Shown here: in pieces, positions 28,350 to 38,599 of the stretch
Layout: each line of letters begins with the position of its first letter
Numbering within the stretch: the stretch's first letter is position 1
Assembly: GCA_963976285.1 (NCBI GenBank)
Contig: CAXBJY010000005.1
Coordinates: 3,164-67,163, forward strand
Reading direction: 5' to 3'
Source of the DNA: an uncultured Gammaproteobacteria bacterium
Lineage (GTDB): Bacteria > Pseudomonadota > Gammaproteobacteria > Ga0077536
Length of the DNA stretch: 64,000 nt
Program-made: the position numbers and the translations under genes
The notes under the pieces: generated by a model
Seen by the model: only the letters and a program-made list of their open reading frames with translations
Databases searched by the model: none
What the model was told of the DNA's origin: nothing

Positions 28350-29627
28350 GTGCGTGCGCACGCGCGTGAGCAAGGCACAACCGTGAACCGCCTGTTCTAC
28401 GGCTGGGTGATCACGGCGAGCGCGTTCGCCGTGTTGTTCCTCACCTACGGCGTGCAGTATTCGTTCGGGATCTTCGTACCCGCGATGGTTGCCGAGCTCG
28501 GCTGGCCGCGCGCTGCCCTCGGCGCGGCGTTTTCGCTCTACGGTGTCGTGTACATGAGTGTCACCGTGATTAGCGGCCACCTCACCGATACGCTCGGACC
28601 GCGTCGGGTCGTCACGGTCGGCGGGCTGTTGCTCGGTGCGGGTATCGTCGCGACGAGCCAGGTGACGACGCAATGGCAGTTGTTCCTGAGCTACGGCATC
28701 GTCGCCGCGCTGGGCATGAGTACGGCGTATATTCCCTGCAACATGACGGTCGTGCGCTGGTTTCGGCGTCGACGCGGGCTCGCCGCGGGCCTCGCCTCGA
28801 GCGGCAGCAGTTGCGGCATTCTGACCATGCCCATTGTTGTCTACGCGCTGATCAGTTTTACCGACTGGCGCACGGCGATGCTGTGGTGTGGCGCGGGCCT
28901 GTGTCTGTTGACGGTAATCGCGGCAAGTTTCTTCGTCACCGATCCGGCCGCCGTCGGCCTGACGGTCGATGGCGACCCGGCGGACGACGATGCCGCCGCG
29001 CCGCCGGATGGATCCTCCGGCGCCGCCGTGATCGGCGGCGTCCCGGGCTGGACCCTGGCCGCCGCACGCGGCACCGCGAGTTTGTGGTTGTTCGTGCTCG
29101 CGTTCGCCGTCGCCCTGATCACGATGACGATCCCGTTTGTCCACGTGCCGGGATTTGCCGGGGATCTCGGCCTGTCCGAGCTGACCGGCGCGGGCAGCGT
29201 CAGCATGATCGGTCTGTTCGCGCTGCTCGGCGGTGTGAGCCTCGGCGCGCTGGCCGATCGGATCGGTCACCGTCGGGCGATGCTCATCGGACTCGGCGCG
29301 CAGATCATTGCTTACGTGGCACTGTATTGCGCCGACGGGGTCGGGTTATTGCTGTTCGGGGCAGCCTTGTTCGGCATTTTCTACGGCAGTTTCGTCGCCT
29401 TGTTTCCGGCGCTCGTCGCGGATCTTTTCGGTCTCGGTCACGCCGGCACGATCGGCGGCTTCATCGTCGCCGGCGGTGGCCTGCTCGGTGCGTGGGGGCC
29501 GGCAGCAGCCGGTTACCTGCGTGATGCCGATGGCGATTTTCGTCGCGTGTTCGTACTGTGCGCCGTAACCGCCGTTGTGGCACTGATCCTCGTCGCGACC
29601 CTGCCGCGGCCGCGGCGCGGGGCGTGA
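28350..29627 (+). CDS. MFS transporter
   Basis: 12-TM organisation. GTG start at 28350 (alternative GTG at 28383). Confidence 0.7.
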   Translation: MRAHAREQGTTVNRLFYGWVITASAFAVLFLTYGVQYSFGIFVPAMVAELGWPRAALGAAFSLYGVVYMSVTVISGHLTDTLGPRRVVTVGGLLLGAGIVATSQVTTQWQLFLSYGIVAALGMSTAYIPCNMTVVRWFRRRRGLAAGLASSGSSCGILTMPIVVYALISFTDWRTAMLWCGAGLCLLTVIAASFFVTDPAAVGLTVDGDPADDDAAAPPDGSSGAAVIGGVPGWTLAAARGTASLWLFVLAFAVALITMTIPFVHVPGFAGDLGLSELTGAGSVSMIGLFALLGGVSLGALADRIGHRRAMLIGLGAQIIAYVALYCADGVGLLLFGAALFGIFYGSFVALFPALVADLFGLGHAGTIGGFIVAGGGLLGAWGPAAAGYLRDADGDFRRVFVLCAVTAVVALILVATLPRPRRGA

Positions 29628-29706
29628 CGATCGAAGCGGTCGTCTCGGGATCGCCGCACCGGGGTCGCGGCGTTATGATGGTCTGAAAAATCTGGGGAGA
29701 TAACTC

Positions 29707-30885
29707 ATGCACACGCGCGTCAAAACTGCACTCGACGATATTCTTGTCACGACGACATCGCGCGCCGGCGGCGCACCCGGGGTCGTTGCGATGGCAACGG
29801 ATCGGAACGGAAATTTCTACGAAGGCGCGGCCGGCGTGCGCGAATTGGGCGCGGACGAGCCGATGGCGCTCGATGCCGTCATGCTGCTCGCCTCGTGCAC
29901 GAAGGCACTGACGGGGACGGCGCTGATGCAACTCGTCGAGGAGGGCGCGCTGTCACTCGACGACCCGGCGCGCGAATACGTTCCGGACATCGCCGGGATC
30001 GAAGTGCTCGACGGTTTTGCCGCGGACGGCACGCCACAAACCCGTAAACCGCGAACGGAGATCACGCTGCGTCATCTGATGCTGCATACCTCGGGCATGT
30101 GTTACGACTTTTTCAGCGACGACCTGCTGCGCTTCCGCACGGCCCGTGAGATTCCGTCCATCCTCGCTTGCACCCGCGAATCGATCAACGATGTCCTGCT
30201 GCACGAGCCCGGCGAGCGCTGGACGTATGGCTGCGGCATCGACTGGATCGGACTTACGGTCGAGGCCGTGCGCGGCAAACGCCTCGGTGAAGTCCTCGCG
30301 GAACGCGTGTTCGCCCCTCTCGGCATGGTCGATATCGCGTTCAACATGACACGCGACATGCGCGCGCGGCTCGCCACGATGCACACGCGCGCGCGCGATG
30401 GCCAGCTCGTGGCGCAGCCGGATATCGTGTTGCCGCAACCGCCGGCGATGGACATGGGCGGACACGGACTCTACTCGACGGTCGGGGAATACATGAAGTT
30501 CATTCGCATGATCCTGAACGATGGCGACGGCCCGCAAGGCCGTGTGCTGAAGGCGGAAACCGTGCGCGAGATGGCGACGAACGGGCTCGGCGCACTTGAA
30601 AGCGGTGCGTGGACGAGTTCGAACCCGGATCTGGCGAACAGCGGGGACTTCTTTCCGGGTTTGCCGAAAGGCTGGTCGTACACGTTCCAGGTAAACAAGG
30701 AAGCCGCGCCGACGGGACGACCGGCGGGGCAATTATCATGGGCCGGGCTTGCGAACTCGTACTACTGGATCGATCGCGAAAACGGGATCGGTGGCATGTG
30801 GAGTTCGCAGATCCTGCCGTTTCATGACGTCGCTTCGTATCCCGGTTACGTCGATTTCGAAGCGGCGGTCTACCGTCACCGGTAG
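29707..30885 (+). CDS. serine hydrolase, beta-lactamase/esterase family
   Basis: SxxK active-site motif (ASCTK), about 390 aa. Confidence 0.7.
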   Translation: MHTRVKTALDDILVTTTSRAGGAPGVVAMATDRNGNFYEGAAGVRELGADEPMALDAVMLLASCTKALTGTALMQLVEEGALSLDDPAREYVPDIAGIEVLDGFAADGTPQTRKPRTEITLRHLMLHTSGMCYDFFSDDLLRFRTAREIPSILACTRESINDVLLHEPGERWTYGCGIDWIGLTVEAVRGKRLGEVLAERVFAPLGMVDIAFNMTRDMRARLATMHTRARDGQLVAQPDIVLPQPPAMDMGGHGLYSTVGEYMKFIRMILNDGDGPQGRVLKAETVREMATNGLGALESGAWTSSNPDLANSGDFFPGLPKGWSYTFQVNKEAAPTGRPAGQLSWAGLANSYYWIDRENGIGGMWSSQILPFHDVASYPGYVDFEAAVYRHR

Positions 30886-31014
30886 CGAGAGCGTGGCGGC
30901 CCCGTGCCCGCGGATGGGAACCCGCGGGCCTTCCGGCTAGAATGCCGCCTCCGTTTTTCCCAGCGCCGCCCGTCGCCGACGCGAGGCAACGCCAGAAATT
31001 TTGCGAGGTACATC

Positions 31015-32202
31015 ATGACTCCAGTCGTAATCGTCGACAGTATCCGTACCGGGCTTGCGAAAGCCCACCGCGGCACGTTCAATCTCACCCGTTCGGATGA
31101 CCTCGTCGCGCATTGCATCGACGCGCTTCTCACCCGCAACCCGGCACTCGATCGGGCCGAGGTTGAGGACGTCACGCTCGGCGCCGGCCGGCAGATTGGC
31201 GAACAATCGGCGAATATCGCGCGGCATGCCGTCGTGTTATCGAAGTTACCGGTTTCGGTGCCGGCGATGACGATGAGCCGCGCATGTTCGTCCGGTCTCA
31301 ACGCGATTTCGATCGCGGCGACGCAGATCGCGAGCGGCAACGCCGACGTGGCGATTGCCGGCGGGGTCGAATCGATCACCGGTCTCGATCGCGGCACGCC
31401 GGCACAGTTCGAGGAGAACCCGCGCCTGCTGGCGGAAAAACCCGAGATCTTCATGGCCATGGGCAATACGGCCGAAGTCGTTGCACGGCGCTATCACGTG
31501 TCGCGCGAAGCGCAGGACGAATATGCCCTGCAGAGCCAGCAACGCTATGCCGCGGCCCAGCAAGCCGGTCTCATCGACGAGGAAATCGCCCCGATGACCG
31601 TTAAATGGCGGAAAATCGTCGACAAGGAAACGAAGGCGACGGAAATTGTCGAAGGCACGGTCGACCGCGACGAGTGCAACCGTCCGACGACAACGCTCGA
31701 GGGGCTCGCGAAACTCGCGCCGGCATTCGAGAAAGACGGCTCCGTCACGGCCGGCAATGCGTCGCAGCTTTCCGACGGTGCGTCGATGACGCTCGTCATG
31801 TCGGAAAAGCGCGCGCAACAACTCGGGCTCGAACCGCTCGCGTATTTCCGCGGCTTCACGGTCGCCGGCTGCGAACCCGACGAAATGGGCATCGGTCCCG
31901 TATTCGCGATCCCGAAGCTGCTCGCAAACCATGGCCTGAAGATGTCGGATATCGATCTCGTCGAACTGAACGAAGCGTTTGCCTCGCAATGCCTGTACTG
32001 CCGCGACCGGCTCGAGATCGACAACGAGATCTACAACGTGAACGGTGGCTCGATCGCAATCGGGCATCCGTTCGGCATGACCGGCTCGCGCCTCACCGGC
32101 GTCCTGTTGCGTGAACTGAAGCGTCGCGACAAGAAGCTCGGCATCGTCTCGATGTGTATCGGCAAAGGTATGGGCGCGGCGGGCCTGTTCGAAGCCTGCT
32201 GA
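31015..32202 (+). CDS. acetyl-CoA C-acyltransferase (thiolase)
   Basis: N-terminus VIVDSIRT, active-site Cys region MSRACSSGLNAI, and the C-terminal GIVSMCIGKGMG thiolase signature. Confidence 0.85.
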   Translation: MTPVVIVDSIRTGLAKAHRGTFNLTRSDDLVAHCIDALLTRNPALDRAEVEDVTLGAGRQIGEQSANIARHAVVLSKLPVSVPAMTMSRACSSGLNAISIAATQIASGNADVAIAGGVESITGLDRGTPAQFEENPRLLAEKPEIFMAMGNTAEVVARRYHVSREAQDEYALQSQQRYAAAQQAGLIDEEIAPMTVKWRKIVDKETKATEIVEGTVDRDECNRPTTTLEGLAKLAPAFEKDGSVTAGNASQLSDGASMTLVMSEKRAQQLGLEPLAYFRGFTVAGCEPDEMGIGPVFAIPKLLANHGLKMSDIDLVELNEAFASQCLYCRDRLEIDNEIYNVNGGSIAIGHPFGMTGSRLTGVLLRELKRRDKKLGIVSMCIGKGMGAAGLFEAC

Positions 32203-32303
32203 ACCGGGGCGTGTGTGCGGCGGGGGGCGTCTGCCCCCCGGATTGCGCCCGCTTCAGGTTCTTCCCTTACTCACGATCGGTACCCCGGGTGCCTGGCTAA
32301 ACG

Positions 32304-33539
32304 ATGCAAATCAACACCGATATCGAATCGACATACGCGTGGGTGCGTCTCGCGGCATCGTTTACGCTGCTCACGATTGGCGGTTCGGCGATGTACCTCG
32401 TCGTTGTCGTCATGCCCGCGATCGAACTCGAGTTCGCGGCGACCCGGGCGCAGGCTTCGCTGCCGTATTCGATGATCATGCTCGGCTGGGCTGCCGGCAC
32501 GTTCTTCATGGGCCGTCTGTTCGATCGCTTCGGGATCCACATCCCGATCGTGATCGGGATCGCGGGCTTCGGCAGCGGTTTCATGCTTTCCGGTTACGCC
32601 CCGAACCTGTGGCTGTTCGCCGCCGCGCACGGCCTGTTGATCGGTTTGCTCGGCACGTCGTCGCTGTTCGCACCGTTGCTCGCCGATGTAACGCACTGGT
32701 TTGATCGCCGGCGCGGTATTGCGATTGCGATCGTCGCGAGTGGCCAGTATGTCGCCGGCGCAATCTGGCCGCAGGTCGTGCAGGCGATGATCGCCGACAT
32801 CGGCTGGCGGGAAACGTATATTTCCGTCGGCATATTCTGCATGGTCACGATGTTGCCGCTCAGTTTCGTGTTGCGGCGCCGGATCCTCGTCACGACCCAC
32901 GCGAATGCCGCGGCAGCCGCCGAAGCCGACCGGCCGCCGATGTCGCTCGGCTTGAGCGCAACCCGGATCCAGGTACTGCTGTGTATCGCCGGTCTTGGCT
33001 GCTGCATCGCGATGGCCATGCCGCAGGTCCACCTTGTGTCGATGTGCATCGGGCTTGGCTACGGTCCGGCACGGGGCGCGGAAATGCTCGCCCTGATGCT
33101 GGCGTGCGGGGTCGTCAGTCGCCTCTCCTTCGGCGTGATCATGGATCGGATCGGCGGCCTGAAGACGCTGCTGCTTGCGTCCTGTCTGCAATGTGTCGCG
33201 CTGTTTTTCTTTTTACCGGTTGAAGGACTCGTCTCGCTGTATCTTGTCGCCGCGATGTTCGGCTTGTTCCAGGGCGGACTCGTGCCGTGCTATGCGCTCG
33301 TCGTGCGGGAATATTTCAAGCCGTCGGAAGCCGGTGCGCGGATTGGCCTGCTGATCACGTCGACGCTCGTCGGCATGGCGCTCGGCGGCTGGCTGTCGGG
33401 TGCGATTTTCGATCTCACCCGTTCGTACCAGGTCGCGTTTCTGCACGGCATTGCGTGGAATTTCGTTAACATTGCGATCGTGGCGTTCCTGCTGTGGCGT
33501 CGGGAAACTGTGTTCAGACTGCAACGCGCTGTCGCGTAA
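32304..33539 (+). CDS. MFS transporter
   Basis: 12 TM helices, 411 aa. Confidence 0.7.
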   Translation: MQINTDIESTYAWVRLAASFTLLTIGGSAMYLVVVVMPAIELEFAATRAQASLPYSMIMLGWAAGTFFMGRLFDRFGIHIPIVIGIAGFGSGFMLSGYAPNLWLFAAAHGLLIGLLGTSSLFAPLLADVTHWFDRRRGIAIAIVASGQYVAGAIWPQVVQAMIADIGWRETYISVGIFCMVTMLPLSFVLRRRILVTTHANAAAAAEADRPPMSLGLSATRIQVLLCIAGLGCCIAMAMPQVHLVSMCIGLGYGPARGAEMLALMLACGVVSRLSFGVIMDRIGGLKTLLLASCLQCVALFFFLPVEGLVSLYLVAAMFGLFQGGLVPCYALVVREYFKPSEAGARIGLLITSTLVGMALGGWLSGAIFDLTRSYQVAFLHGIAWNFVNIAIVAFLLWRRETVFRLQRAVA

Positions 33540-33584
33540 GTCGCGACGGCGGTGCGGGAATCATACTGAAGGGGAGGAGAGTAG

Positions 33585-33908
33585 ATGCCGGTTTATGAAA
33601 AGCGCACCTATACGGTTATCGTCGGCAAAATGCCCGAGGTAATCGAGCATTACACGAACGCCGGCTGGCCGGCACTCGAAGCGGGCGGGTACGGCGAGAA
33701 ACTTGTCGGCTACTTCAAGAGCGACACGGGCACGCTGCATCAACTCATCCATATCTGGCGTTTCGACGACGACAACGACCGTCGCGACTTCTGGCAGCGC
33801 CTGTATGCCGATGAGCCGTTTATGGCATTCGCCGCGAAAATCCGGCCGCTGATCGCCTCGCAGGATGTACAGCTGCTGTTACCGGCCCCGTGGGGACCCA
33901 CGCCGTAG
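33585..33908 (+). CDS. NIPSNAP family protein
   Basis: 107 aa ferredoxin-like dimeric alpha/beta barrel signature (HIWRFDDDNDRRDFW). Confidence 0.6.
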   Translation: MPVYEKRTYTVIVGKMPEVIEHYTNAGWPALEAGGYGEKLVGYFKSDTGTLHQLIHIWRFDDDNDRRDFWQRLYADEPFMAFAAKIRPLIASQDVQLLLPAPWGPTP

Positions 33909-33942
33909 TCTTTAGCCGTCGCGACCATTCCCGGAGAACCGC

Positions 33943-35034
33943 ATGAAAATCAAAGCCGCCGTCCACCGCGCTCTGCACCAGCCGCTCACCATCGAGGATG
34001 TCGACATCGCGGATCCGGGACCGGAAGAAGTCCTCGTCAAAACCGCGGCCTGCGGGGTTTGCCACAGCGATCTGCATGCATTGCACGGCGCGATCCCGGC
34101 GGCGACCCCGGGCATCCTCGGGCACGAACCCGCCGGCATCGTGCTGGCCGTCGGCGAGCGCGTGCGGCACCTCGCGCCGGGCGATCACGTGATTGCCTGC
34201 ACGTCGATGTTCTGCGGCAGCTGTGCACAATGTATCCAGGGTCGGCCGCATTTGTGCATCGACCGCGGCGCCTGCCTGCGCGGTGAGGATGATGCGCCGC
34301 GGATCACCGCCGGTGGCGAAGCGATCAGTCAGTTTGCCGATCTCGGCGCGTTCGCCGAAGCGATGCTCCTGCACTACCGCGCGGTCGTGAAGATCGACAA
34401 GGATATTCCCCTCGATCGCGCGGCGCTCGTCGGCTGTGCGGTGACCACCGGGGTCGGCGCGGCGCTGAATACGGCACAGGTTGCGCCGGGTTCCACGGTC
34501 GCGGTGTTCGGCGCCGGTGGGGTTGGTACGTCGGTGATGCAGGGTGCGCGGATCGCGGGCGCACGCCAGATTATCGCCGTCGACCTGCGCGACGAAAAAC
34601 TCGCGAACGCGGAGAAATTCGGTGCGACGGATCTGATCAATTCGAGCAAGACCGATCCCGTCAAAGCGATCAAAAAGCTCACGCGTGGCGGCGCGGATTA
34701 TGCGTTCGAAGTCGTCGGCATTCCGCAATTGCTCGAACAGGCTTTCTACTGCCTCGCGCCGCACGGCACCGCCGTGCTCGTCGGCGCCATCCCGGTCGGC
34801 GAGAAGGTTTCCGTCAATGCCGCGCATTTTTTCGCCGAGAAACGCATCATCGGCTGCATGATGGGCTCGAACCGGTTCACCATCGATGCGCCGCATTACC
34901 TCGACCTGTACCGTCAGGGCCGGCTCGATCTCGATTCGATGGTCACGCGGCACGAACCGCTCGAGCGGGTGGGCGAGGCGTTCGCCGCGATGGAGGCCGG
35001 AGAGGTCACGCGTACCGTGCTCATGTTCGACTGA
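33943..35034 (+). CDS. zinc-dependent alcohol dehydrogenase (MDR family)
   Basis: GVCHSD zinc ligands, GHEPAG, structural-zinc CxxCxxC (CGSCAQC) and the GxGxxG NAD motif FGAGGVG. Confidence 0.8.
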   Translation: MKIKAAVHRALHQPLTIEDVDIADPGPEEVLVKTAACGVCHSDLHALHGAIPAATPGILGHEPAGIVLAVGERVRHLAPGDHVIACTSMFCGSCAQCIQGRPHLCIDRGACLRGEDDAPRITAGGEAISQFADLGAFAEAMLLHYRAVVKIDKDIPLDRAALVGCAVTTGVGAALNTAQVAPGSTVAVFGAGGVGTSVMQGARIAGARQIIAVDLRDEKLANAEKFGATDLINSSKTDPVKAIKKLTRGGADYAFEVVGIPQLLEQAFYCLAPHGTAVLVGAIPVGEKVSVNAAHFFAEKRIIGCMMGSNRFTIDAPHYLDLYRQGRLDLDSMVTRHEPLERVGEAFAAMEAGEVTRTVLMFD

Positions 35035-35046
35035 TTGCGAAACGGA

Positions 35047-35847
35047 ATGACTGCTATGCCAAATCTCGATACGAGCGATCTCGGCGTCGCCATCGAAGCG
35101 TACGTCGCGACGGTGGAAATCCGTCGCCCTCCGCATAACTTCTTCGACGTCTCGCTGATCAACCAGATCGCCGATACGTACGCCGCGCTCGATGCGCGCG
35201 ATGATTGTCGCGCGATCGTATTGTGCGCCGCGGGCAAGAACTTCTGCGCCGGGGCGAACTTCGGCGCGAGCGACAGCGCCGGCGGGAAGACGAGCACGGA
35301 CGGACAGTTGTCGAACGACCTGTACCGCCACGCGGTACGGATTTTTCGCAGTACGAAGCCGGTTGTTGCCGCGGTCCAGGGCGCGGCCATCGGCGGCGGT
35401 CTCGGACTCGCGGTAGCGGCGGATTTCCGCATCACGTGCCCCGAAGGTCGCTTCAGCGCGAACTTCACGAAACTCGGCTTTCATCCCGGGTTTGGCCTCA
35501 CCGTAACGCTGCCGGAGCTGATCGGCCAGCAGCGCGCGTCGCTGTTGTGCCTGACGAGTCGCCGCCTGAACGGCGAACAGGCAACGGCCTGGGGGCTCGC
35601 CGATGAATGCGTGCCGCTGGCCGAAGTCCGGGCGCGCGCGACGGCGCTCGCCGCCGAAATCGCCGCCTGCGCACCACTCGCGGTGGTTTCCACGCGCGCG
35701 ACCTTGCGTCACGGCCTCGCGGATCGTGTTGCGCGACAAACCGACCACGAACTCGCGGAACAAAATGCGCTGCGTGCGACGAACGACTGGGCCGAGGGCG
35801 TGGCAGCCGTTGCGGCGCGGCGCGACCCGCAGTTCACGGGGACGTAG
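35047..35847 (+). CDS. enoyl-CoA hydratase/isomerase family protein
   Basis: Crotonase-fold motifs (AAGKNFCAGAN, AAVQGAAIGGGLGLAVAADFRI). The ORF begins with TTG at 35035, so the start is uncertain. Confidence 0.7.
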   Translation: MTAMPNLDTSDLGVAIEAYVATVEIRRPPHNFFDVSLINQIADTYAALDARDDCRAIVLCAAGKNFCAGANFGASDSAGGKTSTDGQLSNDLYRHAVRIFRSTKPVVAAVQGAAIGGGLGLAVAADFRITCPEGRFSANFTKLGFHPGFGLTVTLPELIGQQRASLLCLTSRRLNGEQATAWGLADECVPLAEVRARATALAAEIAACAPLAVVSTRATLRHGLADRVARQTDHELAEQNALRATNDWAEGVAAVAARRDPQFTGT

Positions 35848-36008
35848 GCCGGCCCCGGCGGTTACGAACAAGCCGGGCATGCTACGCTCGGCAGAAGCAC
35901 CGTAAGGCATAAACGATCGTCGGCGCGGCCGTGCCATAACGCGGCTGTGCACCCGTGCCGCGAACGCGCGCACGTGCGACGACGACCACAAATCAGGGGA
36001 AGCGATCC

Positions 36009-36995
36009 ATGAAACTTGCGTTATATCTGCCAAATTTCCGCGACAAGATCACCGTCGATGAAATCGATGAACTGGCCGCCGTGGCCGAAAAGCTCGATTT
36101 TGATTCGCTGTGGACGCTCGACCGTATCGTCGTGCCGGAGGCGTCCGATCGCGGTGAACTGCAAAAGCCGTTTGGCGCGATGAAGGAGTTTCCGCCGCAA
36201 CTGCCGGTCAGTTCACGCGGTGAATACCTACAGGGCCTGCCGCTCATTCCCTACCTCGCGGCGACGACGAAAAAAATCCGGCTCGGGGTCAGCATCATCG
36301 TCACGCCGTTCCGGGCCCCGGCGGTGATGGCCGCGGAAGTGGCGACCTGGGATCAATTGTCCCGGGGGCGGATCAACGTCGGGGTCGGTTCCGGCTGGAT
36401 GCCGGAGGAGTTCGACGCGGCGAGTGCGGGACATATTTACAAAAAACGCAACAAGCACGTGCGCGAAACGATCGAGGTAATGCAGGGGATCTGGGGCAAC
36501 GAAGTGTTCGAATACGATGGCGAGTTCGCGTCGTTCGCGAAATGCGGCTTCGGCGCGAAACCGGTACAGAAGCCGCGACCGCCGATGTATTTCTCCGGCC
36601 TCGTGAATCCCGAGATCGCCGCGAAACGGGTGGCGAAATACGCGCTCGACGGCTGGATTGGCATCATGGATACGCCGGACGCAATTACGACCTGGCGCGG
36701 CGCAATCGCAGAACAGCTCGACAAAATCAACAGCCCGCAAACGATCGATAAGCTCGACATCTCGAGCATGATGCCGTTCGAGATCACGCAAGAAGAAACC
36801 GATCAGACGCCGAACGGGAAACTGACTCCGACGATGGTCGGCACCGCGGCGCAGATCACCGAGAACCTGCACCGCTACAAGGAAGCCGGTATGACGATGC
36901 CGATGCTGTGGCCGCCGTTCAGCGGCACGCCGACGTCGAAAACGATCGAGGATTTGCACCAGCTGAAAGAAGACATCATGCCGCAGATCGGCTGA
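36009..36995 (+). CDS. LLM-class (luciferase-like) flavin-dependent oxidoreductase
   Basis: TIM-barrel LLM signature. AGGGGA RBS before the ATG. Confidence 0.7.
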   Translation: MKLALYLPNFRDKITVDEIDELAAVAEKLDFDSLWTLDRIVVPEASDRGELQKPFGAMKEFPPQLPVSSRGEYLQGLPLIPYLAATTKKIRLGVSIIVTPFRAPAVMAAEVATWDQLSRGRINVGVGSGWMPEEFDAASAGHIYKKRNKHVRETIEVMQGIWGNEVFEYDGEFASFAKCGFGAKPVQKPRPPMYFSGLVNPEIAAKRVAKYALDGWIGIMDTPDAITTWRGAIAEQLDKINSPQTIDKLDISSMMPFEITQEETDQTPNGKLTPTMVGTAAQITENLHRYKEAGMTMPMLWPPFSGTPTSKTIEDLHQLKEDIMPQIG

Positions 36996-37175
36996 ATTCC
37001 CCCGCGACGCCGCGTTCAGTCGATCGTTGACTTCGCCCCGCCGGCCACGCGCGCAGCCAGTGCGCGGGCCGGCGTGCCCTTGAGTTCCCGTGCGTCCGAC
37101 ACCACATAAGAAGCGAACGGTGCCGCCGCGTATCGGCGCAGGCGGTCTGCGGAATTCGCTCAAGGGAGAACTCGA

Positions 37176-37682
37176 ATGTCTACGCTGCAACAGGTAAAGG
37201 AAGGTTTGAACGAGGCCTGGGAATCGCTCGCGGATGGCTGGCAACGGCTGTATCGCCGTGCCTCCGGCGCGATCACCCGGTTCACCCCCGGTCACGGCCG
37301 TGGTGCCGACGATACGCGCGGGACGAGCGATCTCGCGCTGCGTAGTGCGGGGTGGGGTGTTCTCACCGCCGAAGTGTTTGATGATGACGAACGCATTGTT
37401 GTGCGACTCGAAGCCCCCGGCCTCGATGGCGAGGATTTCGATATCCAGGTGCACGATGATTATCTCGTCGTCAGTGGCGAGAAACATATCGAACGTGAAG
37501 CGAATCGCGGGCGTTATCACGTTACGGAATGCGCCTACGGTCGTTTCGAACGCGCCGTACCCTTGCCCGCGGAAGTGCAGTCCGACGCTGCCACGGCAAC
37601 TTACAAAAAGGGCGTTCTGCGCGTCGAATTGCCGAAAGCATCGACGCATCGCCGCCGCAGGATCAACGTCGTCGCAAAGTAA
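37176..37682 (+). CDS. Hsp20/alpha-crystallin family small heat-shock protein
   Basis: Alpha-crystallin domain with the conserved C-terminal GVLRVELPK. Confidence 0.85.
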   Translation: MSTLQQVKEGLNEAWESLADGWQRLYRRASGAITRFTPGHGRGADDTRGTSDLALRSAGWGVLTAEVFDDDERIVVRLEAPGLDGEDFDIQVHDDYLVVSGEKHIEREANRGRYHVTECAYGRFERAVPLPAEVQSDAATATYKKGVLRVELPKASTHRRRRINVVAK

Positions 37683-37739
37683 ACCGCTCGCGTCCGACAG
37701 CTGTCGGACCCGACGCAAACACGTGAAGGAGAACGCCGT

Positions 37740-38357
37740 ATGGCGCTCGAAGTAATCGGTGCGGGTTTCGGCCGTACCGGGACGATGTCGATGAAGGCCG
37801 CGCTCGAGATCCTCGGCTTCGGCCCGTGTCACCATATGCTGGAGGTGACGACGAACGATGCGCAGCGCGATATCTGGCGTGCCATCGCGGCCGGCGGGAC
37901 ACCGGACTGGGAGCAGGCATTCGCCGGCTACCGCGCGACCGTGGACTGGCCGGGCGCGTACTTCTGGCGCGAACTCGCCGCTTACTACTCGCAAGCGAAG
38001 ATCATTCTCACCGTGCGCGATCCCGAGTCGTGGTTCGAGAGCGCGACGAATACGATCTTCCATTCAATTGCGAATAATCCGGATCGTGACTCCGTCGGGG
38101 TGAAGCTGATCGAAGAGCGCATATTCGGCGGCAGGCTTGACGACAAGGCACACGCAATCGCGCTTTACGAGAAGAACATCGCCGAGGTGCAGGCGGCATT
38201 CAGTTCTGATCGCCTGCTCACCTATACGACTGGTGATGGCTGGTCGCCGCTGTGTCGATTCCTTGAACGGCCGATCCCGGCCGAACCCTATCCGCAATCG
38301 AATTCGACCGCGGAATTTCGCGCCCGCGTCGCTGACGGCAGCGCGCGTTCGAGCTGA
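37740..38357 (+). CDS. sulfotransferase family protein
   Basis: N-terminal PAPS 5'-phosphosulfate binding loop GAGFGRTGT and the 3'-phosphate binding TVRDP. Confidence 0.6.
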   Translation: MALEVIGAGFGRTGTMSMKAALEILGFGPCHHMLEVTTNDAQRDIWRAIAAGGTPDWEQAFAGYRATVDWPGAYFWRELAAYYSQAKIILTVRDPESWFESATNTIFHSIANNPDRDSVGVKLIEERIFGGRLDDKAHAIALYEKNIAEVQAAFSSDRLLTYTTGDGWSPLCRFLERPIPAEPYPQSNSTAEFRARVADGSARSS

Positions 38358-38599
38358 GCGAAAATGGTGGCAGGTGAACCCTTTCTATAACGCCGGACGT
38401 TTCATCTGAATTCACTTCCGCGATCGGGTTGCGGCTCGGGTGCGGGAAGATTTCCGTGCCATCGGCCAGCTTGAGCCGCCGCCCGATCCGCCGATCGCCG
38501 CCGCCCTCGGGTGCCGGCGGTCAGCCCGTATTCCTGCCGGAGTTCCTCGCGCTGCGGGCGCCGCATCCGTAGCCGCAGCGCCCGCGGATCGTTAGCCGG

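Noticed and set aside
33820-38063. Very long minus-strand ORFs (737 aa and 611 aa) spanning ADH/ECH/LLM/Hsp20
   Set aside because: Cut across several well-supported plus-strand genes. Compositionally biased, so spurious.
38540-38595. GC-rich hairpin between sulfotransferase and TSUP genes as an intrinsic terminator
   Set aside because: The stem is present but there is no downstream U-tract, so it is not called as a feature and only mentioned in a finding.
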